Counted from the first letter of the stretch, positions 46,972 through 57,501 are shown. The stretch is 64,000 bases of DNA from Candidatus Iainarchaeum sp. (GCA_018304425.1 JAGVWE010000006.1:3175-67174); one strand, 5' to 3'. Program-made: numbers and translations. Notes: generated from the letters alone by a model not told the origin.

Positions 46972-48701
46972 TGAATCACGATTTCCACAAATGGTTGAAG
47001 GGTGTTGTCGTCAGCGTAATAATTTTTGCCATCAAAATCCAGTTTATAAACGGTTACCGGTCCCGCGTCAAATACTTTGTCAAAGTTGGGGTTGCGCAGA
47101 TGTGAGTATTTTCGTTTAATCCAGTCAGTCGTTTGCCCAAAGTTTATAATATTTGCATTCTCTTCGCCTGCAACAATAACATGCCGTATGTCAAATGACT
47201 TGAGGTACGATATCGCTTCCTTGATGTTGCCCTTCCACACGCCGGTAAGTCTCCTAAAATTCTCGCCGTGGGGCGGATACAGGGAGGTTATTTCATCGGT
47301 TGCGACGGCATTGAAATCCTTTAAATAGCCAGAGGAGTCACTTTCCAAAATGGTTTTGTACTCGGTCATTTTCGCTAAATCACTTGAATCCGAGACTTTA
47401 AAACCAATTATGTAAAGGTTTGAGGCAAAGACTGTTAAAAGGAAGACTGACACGATTAATTTTAAACCGAGCGAAAAATTAATGCCTTTAAACCATTCAA
47501 CAATCGGCAACGAAAGCCTTCCTAGCCTGTAATCCCCTGAAAATTCTTTAAAGCCAAAGATAGCCAGAATGACGAGGGGCAAAATCAATTCGCTTTCAAA
47601 GCGATACATGAAAAAATCCAGGCCCAGAACGGCGTTCCTTGAAAGAAATGAAGCCGAGACAAACAAGGCGATGACAAAGAGCTCTGCGCTGGATGGCTTC
47701 CTTGACAATAATCCATGGAAATAGTAAAAAACAAAATAAAACCCGATTAAATAAACGATTCCGGGGAAGGTCCAGCTAACGGGGAAAACAAGCAGCAGTA
47801 GAGAGATACAGCCCAGCCAAAAAACGAGTTTTTGCTGAAAAGAACTTGTCCTCCCACTATGCAAATAAGCGTAAATGGCGTAAGTCAGTATTATGCTCGA
47901 AACAAAAACAATTAAACCGAGTTTTGATGGATACATGGTCAGCGAAAGATTGTAGAGGCCGTAAATGGTAGTCGAATAATTAAAATAAGCGGGTAAAACC
48001 AAATCCATCAGGGTGCGAAAAGCATTAATTCCAACGAAGGCAAGCCCTAGCATGGCCGCCAAAAAAGTGAGTGGTCGCCTTTCAACCGCATGATGAGCTG
48101 CAAACACAACTAACAGAAAAATGAACAGCGCAACAGTTGCAACAAGGAAAGTTATTTCGTGTGAAAACGCAATTAGGCCAAACAAGAACGAAGCAAAAAG
48201 CAAATACTTGAATTTAGGCTTAAGCTTTCTAATATCAGACGTGTCCAACGCGCCAAGAAATTTTGTGCACGCAAAAGTAAATCCTGCCATGAAAATACCT
48301 GCAAACATTTGCCTTAGTGCCACGGTTATGAGATTGAATTGGTATGCATTGAAAACGAATACGAAACTGGCGAGAACCGATAAAGCCACGCTCTTTGTTA
48401 GAAACCTTGCAAGGAAAAAGAATACAACCAATCCAAAAATAAAGACCAGCTTGCTTGCTCGTATAGTGTTTAATGAATCAAGTCCAGTGATTTTCTGTAA
48501 AAAATTTGTGAACGCATTAAAGCCCATTTGCAGCGAAGAATTTGGCTGAGCGCGCAATTGGTAAACATAATACGCTACGTCGTTAAGGGCGTATTCCTGC
48601 AAGGGCGTTGGTGCCGCCCTATAAACAAAGGCACCTATAACTAAGGCCAGCAAGACCATGGCGAGAAAAGACCTTTTAAGCAATTTAACCCCTTCAATCA
48701 A
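46968..48701 (-). CDS. Large polytopic membrane protein with C-terminal soluble domain (candidate oligosaccharide polymerase / GT-C-like)
   Basis: 577 aa with about 14 hydrophobic helices followed by an approximately 170-aa hydrophilic C-terminal domain. No WWDYG (AglB) motif. Confidence 0.45.
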   Translation of the reverse strand: MIEGVKLLKRSFLAMVLLALVIGAFVYRAAPTPLQEYALNDVAYYVYQLRAQPNSSLQMGFNAFTNFLQKITGLDSLNTIRASKLVFIFGLVVFFFLARFLTKSVALSVLASFVFVFNAYQFNLITVALRQMFAGIFMAGFTFACTKFLGALDTSDIRKLKPKFKYLLFASFLFGLIAFSHEITFLVATVALFIFLLVVFAAHHAVERRPLTFLAAMLGLAFVGINAFRTLMDLVLPAYFNYSTTIYGLYNLSLTMYPSKLGLIVFVSSIILTYAIYAYLHSGRTSSFQQKLVFWLGCISLLLLVFPVSWTFPGIVYLIGFYFVFYYFHGLLSRKPSSAELFVIALFVSASFLSRNAVLGLDFFMYRFESELILPLVILAIFGFKEFSGDYRLGRLSLPIVEWFKGINFSLGLKLIVSVFLLTVFASNLYIIGFKVSDSSDLAKMTEYKTILESDSSGYLKDFNAVATDEITSLYPPHGENFRRLTGVWKGNIKEAISYLKSFDIRHVIVAGEENANIINFGQTTDWIKRKYSHLRNPNFDKVFDAGPVTVYKLDFDGKNYYADDNTLQPFVEIVIQ

Positions 48702-48811
48702 TTAGAATGCAGTGAATTTATTAATTGCTTTTCGACGGGAAGCCGTGCGATTTTAAACTTTGTTGCTCAAGGGCATTAAAAAGGCTAACGCCCAAGTCAT
48801 TCAATGATAGC

Positions 48812-49924
48812 ATGAAGTTCGTGCTCGTAATTCCAAATTATTTTCCTGCCGTATTCGGGGCAGAAAAGGCACTGCAAGAAACCTGCGAGTATTTGGCAAA
48901 AAAACACGAGGTTCACGTCATTACGCGGCAATTCGATGGAACGCCTGCGGAAGCCGAAATGAATGGCGTGAAAATCCATCGCGTGTTTCCCTGCATCGGT
49001 TTCCAAACAATCAACCACCGATTTTATGCTGCGTTGTTTTTTCCAAGTGCTTGGCTGAAATTGTTTAAATTGGGAAAAGATGCAATGATACTGAGCCAGG
49101 GATTCAGCGCCAACTTGGCGGGGTCCGTTTACTCACGAGTGAGTGGCCAGCCACTCATTATTTTTTTCCAAGGTGGCGACATGGGAGATTATACCGAGCA
49201 CGCCATTCCGTTCAGCGATATTTTGATGGGGTTCATTGTGCGTTCCGCAAGGAAGGCAGTTTGCGTAAGCAATTATGTGGCAAAAAGGGTTTCGATTTTC
49301 CGGCCAAGGGCTTGCGTCATTGTGCCAAACGGCGTGGATCTACACAAATTCACGCCAACCAAGCAGAAGGACGGCAAGCCACGGGTGCTTTTGAGTGTCT
49401 CGAGGCTCACCCCCAAAAATGGCTTGGACTTGGTCATCCAGGCATTGCCCCTTGTTAGGGACATCGATTTTTGGGTGGTGGGCGAAGGAGATCAAAGAGG
49501 AGCACTTGAAGGCTTGGCAAAAAAACTGGGAGTCGCTGAGCGAGTACGGTTTCTTGGCTATGTCCCGCATGACCGGCTAAATGAGTATCTACATAAAGCC
49601 CATGCCTTTATTAGAGTGTCTAGGGACGAAGGATTCGGGATTGCTTATTTGGAGGCAATGGCGGCTGGGATTCCCATCATTTCAACTGGAGTCGGTGGGA
49701 TAGCGGAGTTTGCGGTGTACGAGAAATGCGCGTTTGAGCCGGAAAGCATTGCAAACGCAATCCAGCAAGTTGTTGGTAATACAACCGTTTCAGAAAGGTT
49801 GGCAAGAGAAGGGCTGCAGAAAGCCAAAGAATTCGCGCAAGAAGAGATCTGCAAAAAAATTGAAGCAGAACTACTCGAGGTGAGGGATTGGGGGAAAGAA
49901 AGGCAAATTCTGTTGAGCCATTAA
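48812..49924 (+). CDS. Family 4 glycosyltransferase
   Basis: The track ORF was trimmed to Met-30 (MKFVLVIPNYFPAVFGAEK). C-terminal DEGFGIAYLEAMAAGIPIIS is the E-x7-E motif. Confidence 0.8.
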   Translation: MKFVLVIPNYFPAVFGAEKALQETCEYLAKKHEVHVITRQFDGTPAEAEMNGVKIHRVFPCIGFQTINHRFYAALFFPSAWLKLFKLGKDAMILSQGFSANLAGSVYSRVSGQPLIIFFQGGDMGDYTEHAIPFSDILMGFIVRSARKAVCVSNYVAKRVSIFRPRACVIVPNGVDLHKFTPTKQKDGKPRVLLSVSRLTPKNGLDLVIQALPLVRDIDFWVVGEGDQRGALEGLAKKLGVAERVRFLGYVPHDRLNEYLHKAHAFIRVSRDEGFGIAYLEAMAAGIPIISTGVGGIAEFAVYEKCAFEPESIANAIQQVVGNTTVSERLAREGLQKAKEFAQEEICKKIEAELLEVRDWGKERQILLSH

Positions 49925-49962
49925 CCACTGGAAACTTGGCAAAATTGTATTGCTTAAATTGG

Positions 49963-50640
49963 ATGGAACAATACATCCGCAAAAACGGGGGAAAAGCAAC
50001 GATTCTAGACTTAGGCTGTGGGGAAGCCCTCAACTTTGCCCGGTTGTTGAGCACCTGTCCTCGGATTAGGTACGTTGGAATTGAACCATCAGAAGAGTCG
50101 TGCCGCAAAGCACGACACAACCTGCAAGGCCTCCCTACAACCATAATCCACGCAAACGCGTATACTGCTTATGAACAACTGAAGGAAAAATTTGATTTGG
50201 TGGTGTCTTTCAGCACCTTTGAACACGTGTATCGACGCCTCAGTTACCTTGAAGCCGCCAAACACTGCCTAAAGGAAGATGGCTATTTCCTGATAAACTA
50301 TGATGCAGGTCATTTCCTGCAAGGCAAGGAATGGCTCAAAAACATGGTGGGCCCTCTGCTTGCTAACCTTGGCATCGAACGTTATTTCCAAGCCTTCATC
50401 AGGGAGGAGGAGTTCCTTGCACTAGTCAAAAAAGCAGGGTTTGAAGTGATGGAAGCAAAATCCTTTAACACGCGGTTGAAGGAGGTCTATAAAATCATTC
50501 CGGCTTCCAAACAACCCGCTTTCATGGAAAAGTGGCTCGAATTCGAGGTATGGCTGAACAGCCTAGGAATCGGCTATAATGACGGTATGGCTCCGGTTTT
50601 TGGGACACGTAACTTTATACTCAAACACAAAAGCCGCTAA
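49963..50640 (+). CDS. Class I SAM-dependent methyltransferase
   Basis: ILDLGCGEALNF (motif I) ... VVSFSTFEHV ... EDGYFLI. Start taken at the ATG after the upstream gene's stop. The track ORF starts at 49888. Confidence 0.7.
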   Translation: MEQYIRKNGGKATILDLGCGEALNFARLLSTCPRIRYVGIEPSEESCRKARHNLQGLPTTIIHANAYTAYEQLKEKFDLVVSFSTFEHVYRRLSYLEAAKHCLKEDGYFLINYDAGHFLQGKEWLKNMVGPLLANLGIERYFQAFIREEEFLALVKKAGFEVMEAKSFNTRLKEVYKIIPASKQPAFMEKWLEFEVWLNSLGIGYNDGMAPVFGTRNFILKHKSR

Positions 50641-50741
50641 TGCATACACTTATGTAACCCCTCTGCGTGTTTGCCGCCCCATCATGGCCAGAATGTAAGG
50701 GGGGTAAAGTCGAATAGGTCTCTAAGCCGGGGCATAGGGCG

Positions 50742-52229
50742 TCAATGAGCCACCCGCTTATTTTTCTTGAGACTCGTAGACAAGAAGAAACCAGCAACAA
50801 ACCCGGCGAGCCCAAGATAGTTATAAATGATTTGATTGGGAGCATGGACAGGGGAAACTTCCACTCGTTTCGCTATTTCCTCGGTTGTCGCCGCGTTGTT
50901 TGCCTCGAATTGGGAAAATTGCGAAACGCGGGTATCATGCGAAAGGAAGGCATCTAGGTTTGCTGATTGGGTGTAGGCATAAAGCATCTTGTCCGCATGA
51001 AAGGCTCCCACTAGGGCAAACCAACCGACAAGGAGGAATAAGGAAAGGGAAATGGCTGGCCCTGAAATAAAAGACGGAGCCTTTACAACTAAGGCAAAGG
51101 CAACGTACAGCAAGAGGAGCAAAGAGTTAAACAATAAATATTTCGGAAAAAGCTGGTAGAGAGCAAAATCAAGAAGCACTGCAAACAGCAATAAAAACAG
51201 CCATTTATGGCGGCTATTGTTTGCCAGGTTATAGAAGGTGTTAACGCCGCTGCCAAGCATTAAAACAAATAATGGGATAGTAGGGGTAATATAGCGAACT
51301 AAGTCGAAATGGTCTATCGAAAATTTAGAAACAATAACCCAATACAGGGTGACCAGCACGATTGACAATGAAAACATAGGAGACTTTCTTGATTGCCCCC
51401 ACCCCAAGAGCGCGAGCAAAAACAGGAAAGAGGAATTGAACAAAAAAACGGCCAGAAACCCGACAAATGCAAAAGCGTTGTAAAAAATATCACGGTGGGT
51501 GTAGATGGGGTGTGCATCCGTCAGGTAAACGTCTGAACGGTTCGGCACGATGAATTGGCTCCAATAAAAATGGATAAACACAGCGATGAGCACGAAAATA
51601 ACAAGGTAACCAAGGAGGGCATGTATGCTAAAGGGAAATCCGCTGTTCCTTTTGCGCAGTTCAATTACGGAGTAGAGAAGCAGAATGCCTCCAATTAGGA
51701 GGTTCTCTGGACGGGTGAACATGAAAGCGCCGACCAATACGGCAAAAATGGGGAATTGGCGGGGGCTCTCAAGAACCTTTTGATGAAACAACAGAACGGC
51801 AACAAAAAGGCTTAAATTCACTGCCAAGGACAGCGGTGCATTGAGCCAGGGAGGAACGAGCAACAAAAGGACGACCACTGAAAAAAAGGCAAACAAATCA
51901 TCTTTTAAGAAGCGCAAGGCAAGCGCGAAAAAGGCAAAAAATAACAGGATAGCTGAGAAAATAATAGGCACATGCAGGGAAAGAATGGTATCGCCAAAAA
52001 AGACTGTTGACATGGCAATGAGAATGGGGTAGAGGGGTGAATCCCATTGGTACGCAAGCCCTCTTTGAACAGGTGCATATTCACCCTGCAAAAAACCAAC
52101 CGCGGCCGATCTATAACGAAAGGAATCATCCAACATTATAGGCCTGTCAAGCCAAATACGCCCCAGCACGAGCAGACCCAGAATAATCAAGTAGAATAGC
52201 CTGTGCTGACCCCCCTCACCAAGCCCCAT
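50742..52229 (-). CDS. Polytopic membrane protein (Wzy/O-antigen-polymerase-like or GT-C-like)
   Basis: 495 aa with about 12-14 TM helices and no soluble domains. Lower-GC sequence. Confidence 0.45.
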   Translation of the reverse strand: MGLGEGGQHRLFYLIILGLLVLGRIWLDRPIMLDDSFRYRSAAVGFLQGEYAPVQRGLAYQWDSPLYPILIAMSTVFFGDTILSLHVPIIFSAILLFFAFFALALRFLKDDLFAFFSVVVLLLLVPPWLNAPLSLAVNLSLFVAVLLFHQKVLESPRQFPIFAVLVGAFMFTRPENLLIGGILLLYSVIELRKRNSGFPFSIHALLGYLVIFVLIAVFIHFYWSQFIVPNRSDVYLTDAHPIYTHRDIFYNAFAFVGFLAVFLFNSSFLFLLALLGWGQSRKSPMFSLSIVLVTLYWVIVSKFSIDHFDLVRYITPTIPLFVLMLGSGVNTFYNLANNSRHKWLFLLLFAVLLDFALYQLFPKYLLFNSLLLLLYVAFALVVKAPSFISGPAISLSLFLLVGWFALVGAFHADKMLYAYTQSANLDAFLSHDTRVSQFSQFEANNAATTEEIAKRVEVSPVHAPNQIIYNYLGLAGFVAGFFLSTSLKKNKRVAH

Positions 52230-52327
52230 TATAGTATTGCGGGCTGAACGCTTAAAATGCTATCCGTAAGTCAGTTTATAGCTTTATAACCCCCTATAAA
52301 AATTTAAAATGGTGGCTGCGGAGTAGT

Positions 52328-53494
52328 ATGCTAATGAACCGAGAACTGAAAATAGGCCTCATGATTTCCATTGCAACAATCTTGCTTTTCTTCTTGGCAT
52401 TGGAAATCGTTCTCCGAATCGTTTATCCGGATAACCCGGAAATGTTATGGCAACCAGACCAGGAATTATGGATCGTGCATGCCCCCAATTTTACAACAAC
52501 GATTAAAGCTCCCTATGGAGAAACAAGAGTTACCACGAATTCATTTGGCATGCGGGACAAGGAAATCATGCCCAAACAGCTTGGGCAGTATAGAATCCTG
52601 GTGGTGGGGGATAGTATAACGTTTGGGCTTGGAATAGCGTTGGATGAAACCTATCCAAGGGTGTTGGAAAGGAAACTCAAGGCGGCCCTTCCGACGAAAA
52701 ACATCGAGGTGTTGAATTTTGGCATACCTGCCTACGGCACGGACAGGGAACTTATCTACCTAAAATACCACATTGACAGAATACAGCCCGATTTGATTGT
52801 GCTTGGATTTTACGTGGCTAATGATATATCCGACAATCTTGCCGGGCAGCGGTTCCGCGTGGAGGGGGGCAGACTCATCAAAAACACTGAATACCTTGAC
52901 AACAAAATCGAATTGAGAAGGGCGAGCTATCAACTGAAGAAAACCTTCTATTCGTACGCATGGCTCTCTGATAGGCTGTATTTCCTAATCCGAGTCATTA
53001 ACGAGTGGATTAACCTGCATGTTCCGGTGCGGCTGGACGAGAGCATATTCAGATACGAACTGCTGCTAAAGGACACCCCACCTCGAATCTTGGAGGGGTG
53101 GAAGCTCACTGCTGCGTTGGTCGGTGAAATGGCTTCCACAGCCAAGGCCCATGGCGCTGAATTCATGATGCTGATTATCCCGGACGATATACAATACGAT
53201 CGAAGAAAGTGGGAGCAGATGAAGGCGGTGGCCAACCTCCGCGATGCGGATGTTGATTTGAATAAATCGGTTGAAGAGGCATTAGCTATGTGCACCCGAT
53301 TGGAGGTGAATTGTATCAATCTGCTTCCAAGGTTTAAGGAGGAACGCGAGCCTCTTACGTGGGAGAATGATCCACATGCAAACGTCAGAGGCCATGAAGT
53401 TATGGCAGACGGGCTTGCCAAACATTTAATTGAATTGGGAATACTGGAAATCAGCATAGCTCCTTCAACGACCGAACAACAGTACAAATCGTAA
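52328..53494 (+). CDS. Membrane-anchored SGNH/GDSL-family hydrolase (candidate glycan O-acyl esterase/transferase)
   Basis: N-terminal TM helix. ILVVGDSITFGLG is SGNH block I with the Ser nucleophile. A later FYVANDISDN block is also present. Confidence 0.55.
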   Translation: MLMNRELKIGLMISIATILLFFLALEIVLRIVYPDNPEMLWQPDQELWIVHAPNFTTTIKAPYGETRVTTNSFGMRDKEIMPKQLGQYRILVVGDSITFGLGIALDETYPRVLERKLKAALPTKNIEVLNFGIPAYGTDRELIYLKYHIDRIQPDLIVLGFYVANDISDNLAGQRFRVEGGRLIKNTEYLDNKIELRRASYQLKKTFYSYAWLSDRLYFLIRVINEWINLHVPVRLDESIFRYELLLKDTPPRILEGWKLTAALVGEMASTAKAHGAEFMMLIIPDDIQYDRRKWEQMKAVANLRDADVDLNKSVEEALAMCTRLEVNCINLLPRFKEEREPLTWENDPHANVRGHEVMADGLAKHLIELGILEISIAPSTTEQQYKS

Positions 53495-54148
53495 ACTTCT
53501 CCAACCATCCCTGATGGTTCGCAGCTTGGAAGGAGCTCGGCGTGGATAATAAGGGGTTGGAATCTCTGTCTCTTTTAGGCCGAGCCTTGCAGCCCGAATG
53601 CAAAGTTCCAAGGCAAACTCCATACCTTTGGCCCTTGGATTCATCCTCTCAAAGGCATCCCTTGTAAAAGCCCTTAAACCACAGTAACTATCGTTTGCCT
53701 TTGAACCGGACATCAACTTTACCATCAGGGACAGCAAGGGGTTTCCGATGGCCTGGTGGAGGAAGGGCATTGCGTTCGGCTTAATGCCCCCCTTGAAACG
53801 ATTACCGACTACATAGTCATAGCCGCTCTCAAGGGCTCTCACAAACTTCGGCAAATCGTTTACCTCATAGGTTCCATCACTGTCAACCATGACAATGAAT
53901 CTGCCAGAGGAGGCCTGTATGGCTGAAAGGTAGGCATTGCCATAGCCGAGACCGTCAACCCCAACAACCCTTGCCCCAAGCTTCCCGGCAATTTCTGGGG
54001 AACCATCGGTCGAGCCGCAGTCACCCACAACAACCTCGCCTTTAAGATGGTGGCTCCGAAATACCTTCCAAGCAGTCTCAATACATTTACCAATCGTTGC
54101 CGCCTCATTGAGGCAGGGAAGGATTAGGGAGACCGTAGGCGTGGGCAT
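53465..54148 (-). CDS. Polyprenol/dolichol-phosphate hexosyltransferase-like GT2 (DPM1 family)
   Basis: VSLILPCLNEAATIGKCIE, VVGDCGSTDGS and VDSDGTY. 227 aa. Confidence 0.85.
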   Translation of the reverse strand: MPTPTVSLILPCLNEAATIGKCIETAWKVFRSHHLKGEVVVGDCGSTDGSPEIAGKLGARVVGVDGLGYGNAYLSAIQASSGRFIVMVDSDGTYEVNDLPKFVRALESGYDYVVGNRFKGGIKPNAMPFLHQAIGNPLLSLMVKLMSGSKANDSYCGLRAFTRDAFERMNPRAKGMEFALELCIRAARLGLKETEIPTPYYPRRAPSKLRTIRDGWRSLRFVLLFGR

Positions 54149-54228
54149 ACCTGTATTTGGATGACTAAACCTTAAAAGATGGGGTGTCAGAATCCAGTAT
54201 CCATTACATGGTGAGTGGCAAAGGCGAA

Positions 54229-55362
54229 TTAGCCATTCACCATTTCAATCATCTGCTGAATGTGGTGTAACCAATCCAATTTTCCTTCGATACATTTTCT
54301 TGCATTCAAGGAAAGCCGCGATAGCAGAGGCCTGTCGGCCTGCAGCAACCGCGCTTTTTCAACAATAGCTTGAACATCTGGTTTAACGAGGAAACCGTTC
54401 ACTTCATTCTGAATTATTTCTCTTTGGCCACCGGCATCCGTGGCAATGACTGGCAACCCGCTTGACAAGGCCTCAAGAACCGCCAAGGGAAACCCTTCCC
54501 CGCTCCGCGAAGGCAAGACAAACAAGTCCGCTGCCTGATAATGGGCTGGCAATTGCTCGTCGGAAACAAACCCCAGCACACGAAAGTTCGGCAAACCACT
54601 GGCGGCTGCAAGGATTTTGGCTTTGTCGGGGCCGTTTCCCGCCACCAAGAAAAGCAAGTCCTCCCTGTCTTTCAGTTGCCTGGCGGCCCCCAAAAGAAAG
54701 TCAATTCCGTTCTTGAAGGAAAGCGTGCGCACGGTGAAAACAACGAACTTGTCCAATGGAATGCCCAGGGTTTTCCGCACTGTCGCCTTGTCTTTGGCGG
54801 GAGCGAATTTCTGCAGGTCCACGCCATTGTAAAGAACGACTGTACGCGCCGCCGGACACACGGTTTTCACATAGGTCTCGGTTGCCTTGCTCACACACAC
54901 CACTTTCTTGGCGGCCGAAAGGCTGTAACGGCCAACCAGCCAGTCGTTCAGGCGTTCCAGCCAGTTGAGTGGAAAAGGATACTCAATGAAGGTGTTGTGC
55001 TGCACGAGGAAGAAAGGCTTTCCGGCTTTTCTTGCGGCACGGGCGGCAAGAAAGGAGGAAAGATAGGGGTGTCCATGCGCCAAGACCACGTCGGCCCACC
55101 GGGTTTTCTCGGCGAGAATGTATGGGAGGCGGGGATGGAAGAAAATGTAGGCCGGTCCAAAACCCCACAATGGATTGAAGCAGGGCACGCGCGTAACGTG
55201 AAAGCTCTCCATTCCTTCCTCAGGAAGGACATTGTCGCGGTTGGAAGTTACCACGCACACCCCGTGGCCTTGCCCAGCAAGGCCCTTGGCTTGCTCATAG
55301 GCCACTCGTTCAATGCCACCGGGATGGGGCGGAAACGAATGCGTGACGATGAGTATGTTCAT
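54229..55362 (-). CDS. Family 4 glycosyltransferase
   Basis: HSFPPHPGGIERV N-terminus and C-terminal GEGFPLAVLEALSSGLPVIAT (E-x7-E). Confidence 0.85.
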   Translation of the reverse strand: MNILIVTHSFPPHPGGIERVAYEQAKGLAGQGHGVCVVTSNRDNVLPEEGMESFHVTRVPCFNPLWGFGPAYIFFHPRLPYILAEKTRWADVVLAHGHPYLSSFLAARAARKAGKPFFLVQHNTFIEYPFPLNWLERLNDWLVGRYSLSAAKKVVCVSKATETYVKTVCPAARTVVLYNGVDLQKFAPAKDKATVRKTLGIPLDKFVVFTVRTLSFKNGIDFLLGAARQLKDREDLLFLVAGNGPDKAKILAAASGLPNFRVLGFVSDEQLPAHYQAADLFVLPSRSGEGFPLAVLEALSSGLPVIATDAGGQREIIQNEVNGFLVKPDVQAIVEKARLLQADRPLLSRLSLNARKCIEGKLDWLHHIQQMIEMVNG

Positions 55363-55368
55363 GCCAAT

Positions 55369-56517
55369 CTACTTCTTGATTCCGACGATGCTCAGGAAAA
55401 AAGCATTGAAAACGACTTGAACGCCCAGTATGGCCGCAATGGAAAGCACCACAGCGCTCTTGAGTTCGTTGACTGAAATGATGCCATATTGCAGCCAGTC
55501 CACGAGCTTCCAAAAGCCAAAGGAAAGGGATACCAATAAGAGTAAGAAGCCCAGGAAAGCCGTTTTTTCGAGGTTAAAAAACTTGTTGACAAAGGCATAA
55601 AGGGCATCCTTTTGCTCATAACCTTCCACCACGGCATAGGACTTGGCCGAGATGCCAAAGGAAATTATTTGAAAACCAAGGAGAAACAAGAAGCCACCAA
55701 ACATCAACTGCAACACTTGAAAGAGGGGGTCCGCAGACCAAAAAACGGATAGTCCAAGCGAGTTAACTCCAAACGCCACAAACACCAACCCGGCAACCGC
55801 TAACAAGGTGCCGGGCAACACAAACAAATAATCAGGGCTAAACAATAACAGGAAGCGGATGTTCCTCCAACCGGCGCCAAACGTGCTGAGTTTCGAGGGC
55901 ACTTTCCTCGGCAAATAATGAACGGGAATCTCACAGGTCTTGAGACCTAGCTTGGCTGCTTTTATCCCCATTTCGGTTGCGAATTCCCATCCCCTTGCCT
56001 TCAAGTTCATGCGGTTGAATGCTTTCCTTGTAAAAGCACGAAAACCGCAGTGCGCGTCCCCCAAGGATGTCTTGAACATCGTGTTTTGCATAAAGGTCAG
56101 CAAAGGATTCCCAATGAACTGGTGCAGGAACGGCATGGCTCCCAGTGCAATGCCTCCCTTGAACCGGTTGCCGACTACATATTCATAGCCGCTTGCCAAC
56201 GCCTCCACAAATTTTGGGAGGTCAGCCAAGTCATAGGTGCCATCGCTGTCTGCCTTGACAATCCACTGGCCTTTCGCGGCTTCGACTCCGATTTTGTGGG
56301 CCAAGCCATAGCCACGATGCTTGTCCCGTATCACGCGGGCGCCCAGTTTTTCCGCGATTTTGTCAGAACCATCGGTTGAGCAACCATCCACCACAATGAT
56401 TTCGCCCTCGATTTTGTTTGCCTGGAACGCTTCTTTCGCCCTCTGAATACAATCACCAATGGTGAGGGCCTCGTTCAGGCAGGGCAGGATGAGTGAAACC
56501 TTTGGCATAACCGTCAT
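55369..56517 (-). CDS. DPM1-like GT2 fused to a C-terminal multi-TM domain
   Basis: The track ORF 55369..57150 was trimmed to internal MTVMPKVSLILPCLNEALTIG, 382 aa. ATGA overlap with the upstream epimerase stop at 56514..56516. VVDGCSTDGS and KADSDGTYD motifs. The last approximately 150 aa form 4 TM helices. Confidence 0.8.
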   Translation of the reverse strand: MTVMPKVSLILPCLNEALTIGDCIQRAKEAFQANKIEGEIIVVDGCSTDGSDKIAEKLGARVIRDKHRGYGLAHKIGVEAAKGQWIVKADSDGTYDLADLPKFVEALASGYEYVVGNRFKGGIALGAMPFLHQFIGNPLLTFMQNTMFKTSLGDAHCGFRAFTRKAFNRMNLKARGWEFATEMGIKAAKLGLKTCEIPVHYLPRKVPSKLSTFGAGWRNIRFLLLFSPDYLFVLPGTLLAVAGLVFVAFGVNSLGLSVFWSADPLFQVLQLMFGGFLFLLGFQIISFGISAKSYAVVEGYEQKDALYAFVNKFFNLEKTAFLGFLLLLVSLSFGFWKLVDWLQYGIISVNELKSAVVLSIAAILGVQVVFNAFFLSIVGIKK

Positions 56518-57449
56518 CCGCTCAAGTTCTCCTTTACAGCCAGCCTCACAGCCTGCTCGCTGTTGTATTTGGGCGTGAAGCCGAGTTTGCGGAGAGCCGA
56601 AATGTCTAACATGTATTTTGGCACGTCTCCTGGCCAGCCGCTTCTGCCGCCGGTGTAGCGGAGCTTGACGTTTTCGAGCTTCATTTCCTCGCAAACGATT
56701 TCCGCGAGTTTCTTGATGACCAGCCAGTCCATGGAGCCAAGGTTGTAAACCGAGATAGGGGCTTTTTCGTGCCGGGCAATGTAAAGCATGGCGTTCACGC
56801 AGTCCGAGACATGCAGGAAGGGCTTGGACTGGTGGCCATCGCCCAGGATTTCGAGTTCGCGCGGGTTCTTGTGGAGCTTGGCCAGGAAGTCCGGGATGAC
56901 GCCATGCGTGGAGTTCTTTCCCACGATGTTGGCAAAGCGGAACAACCAGGCCTGCAAGCCGAACAGGTTCGCGTACGCGGAAACAAAGGCCTCGGCCCCC
57001 ACCTTGCTGGCGCCATACACCGACCAAGGAAAGACCGGCGCATAGCTCTCCGGAATCGGCAGCTGCCGGGCCTCGCCATAGACCGCGGAAGTCGAAGCAA
57101 AGGCCAGCTTCTTCACACCCGCCAAGCGCATGGCCTCCAAGACGTTCCAAGTGGCCAAGACGTTCTGCTCAAGGTCAACGTGGGTACGCGTGAAACCACC
57201 CCGCACATCCGCATTGGCCGCGAGGTGCCACACCAGGTCCTGACCCTTGACGGCCTTTTTTACGGCCGCCAAATTGAGTAGGTCGGCTTTCACGAGCTTA
57301 AAGGACTTGTTTTTCTCGAAGGGCTTGAGATAGGCCTTTCGGCCCGTACTAAAGTTGTCAAAGCAGGTGACTTCGTGGCCTTGCTGCAGCAACGCGGCGA
57401 CGAGGTGCGAACCGATGAACCCCGCGCCCCCGGTTACCAGTGCCTTCAT
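56514..57449 (-). CDS. NAD-dependent epimerase/dehydratase (UDP-hexose 4-epimerase-like)
   Basis: Trimmed to Met-53 of the track ORF. MKALVTGGAGFIGSHLV Rossmann N-terminus, YGASKVGAE catalytic motif. 311 aa. Confidence 0.8.
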   Translation of the reverse strand: MKALVTGGAGFIGSHLVAALLQQGHEVTCFDNFSTGRKAYLKPFEKNKSFKLVKADLLNLAAVKKAVKGQDLVWHLAANADVRGGFTRTHVDLEQNVLATWNVLEAMRLAGVKKLAFASTSAVYGEARQLPIPESYAPVFPWSVYGASKVGAEAFVSAYANLFGLQAWLFRFANIVGKNSTHGVIPDFLAKLHKNPRELEILGDGHQSKPFLHVSDCVNAMLYIARHEKAPISVYNLGSMDWLVIKKLAEIVCEEMKLENVKLRYTGGRSGWPGDVPKYMLDISALRKLGFTPKYNSEQAVRLAVKENLSG

Positions 57450-57501
57450 GGCATAATTCCATGGAAAACCCTTTAAAAGGCTTTTTAGGCAAGGGAATGG
57501 A

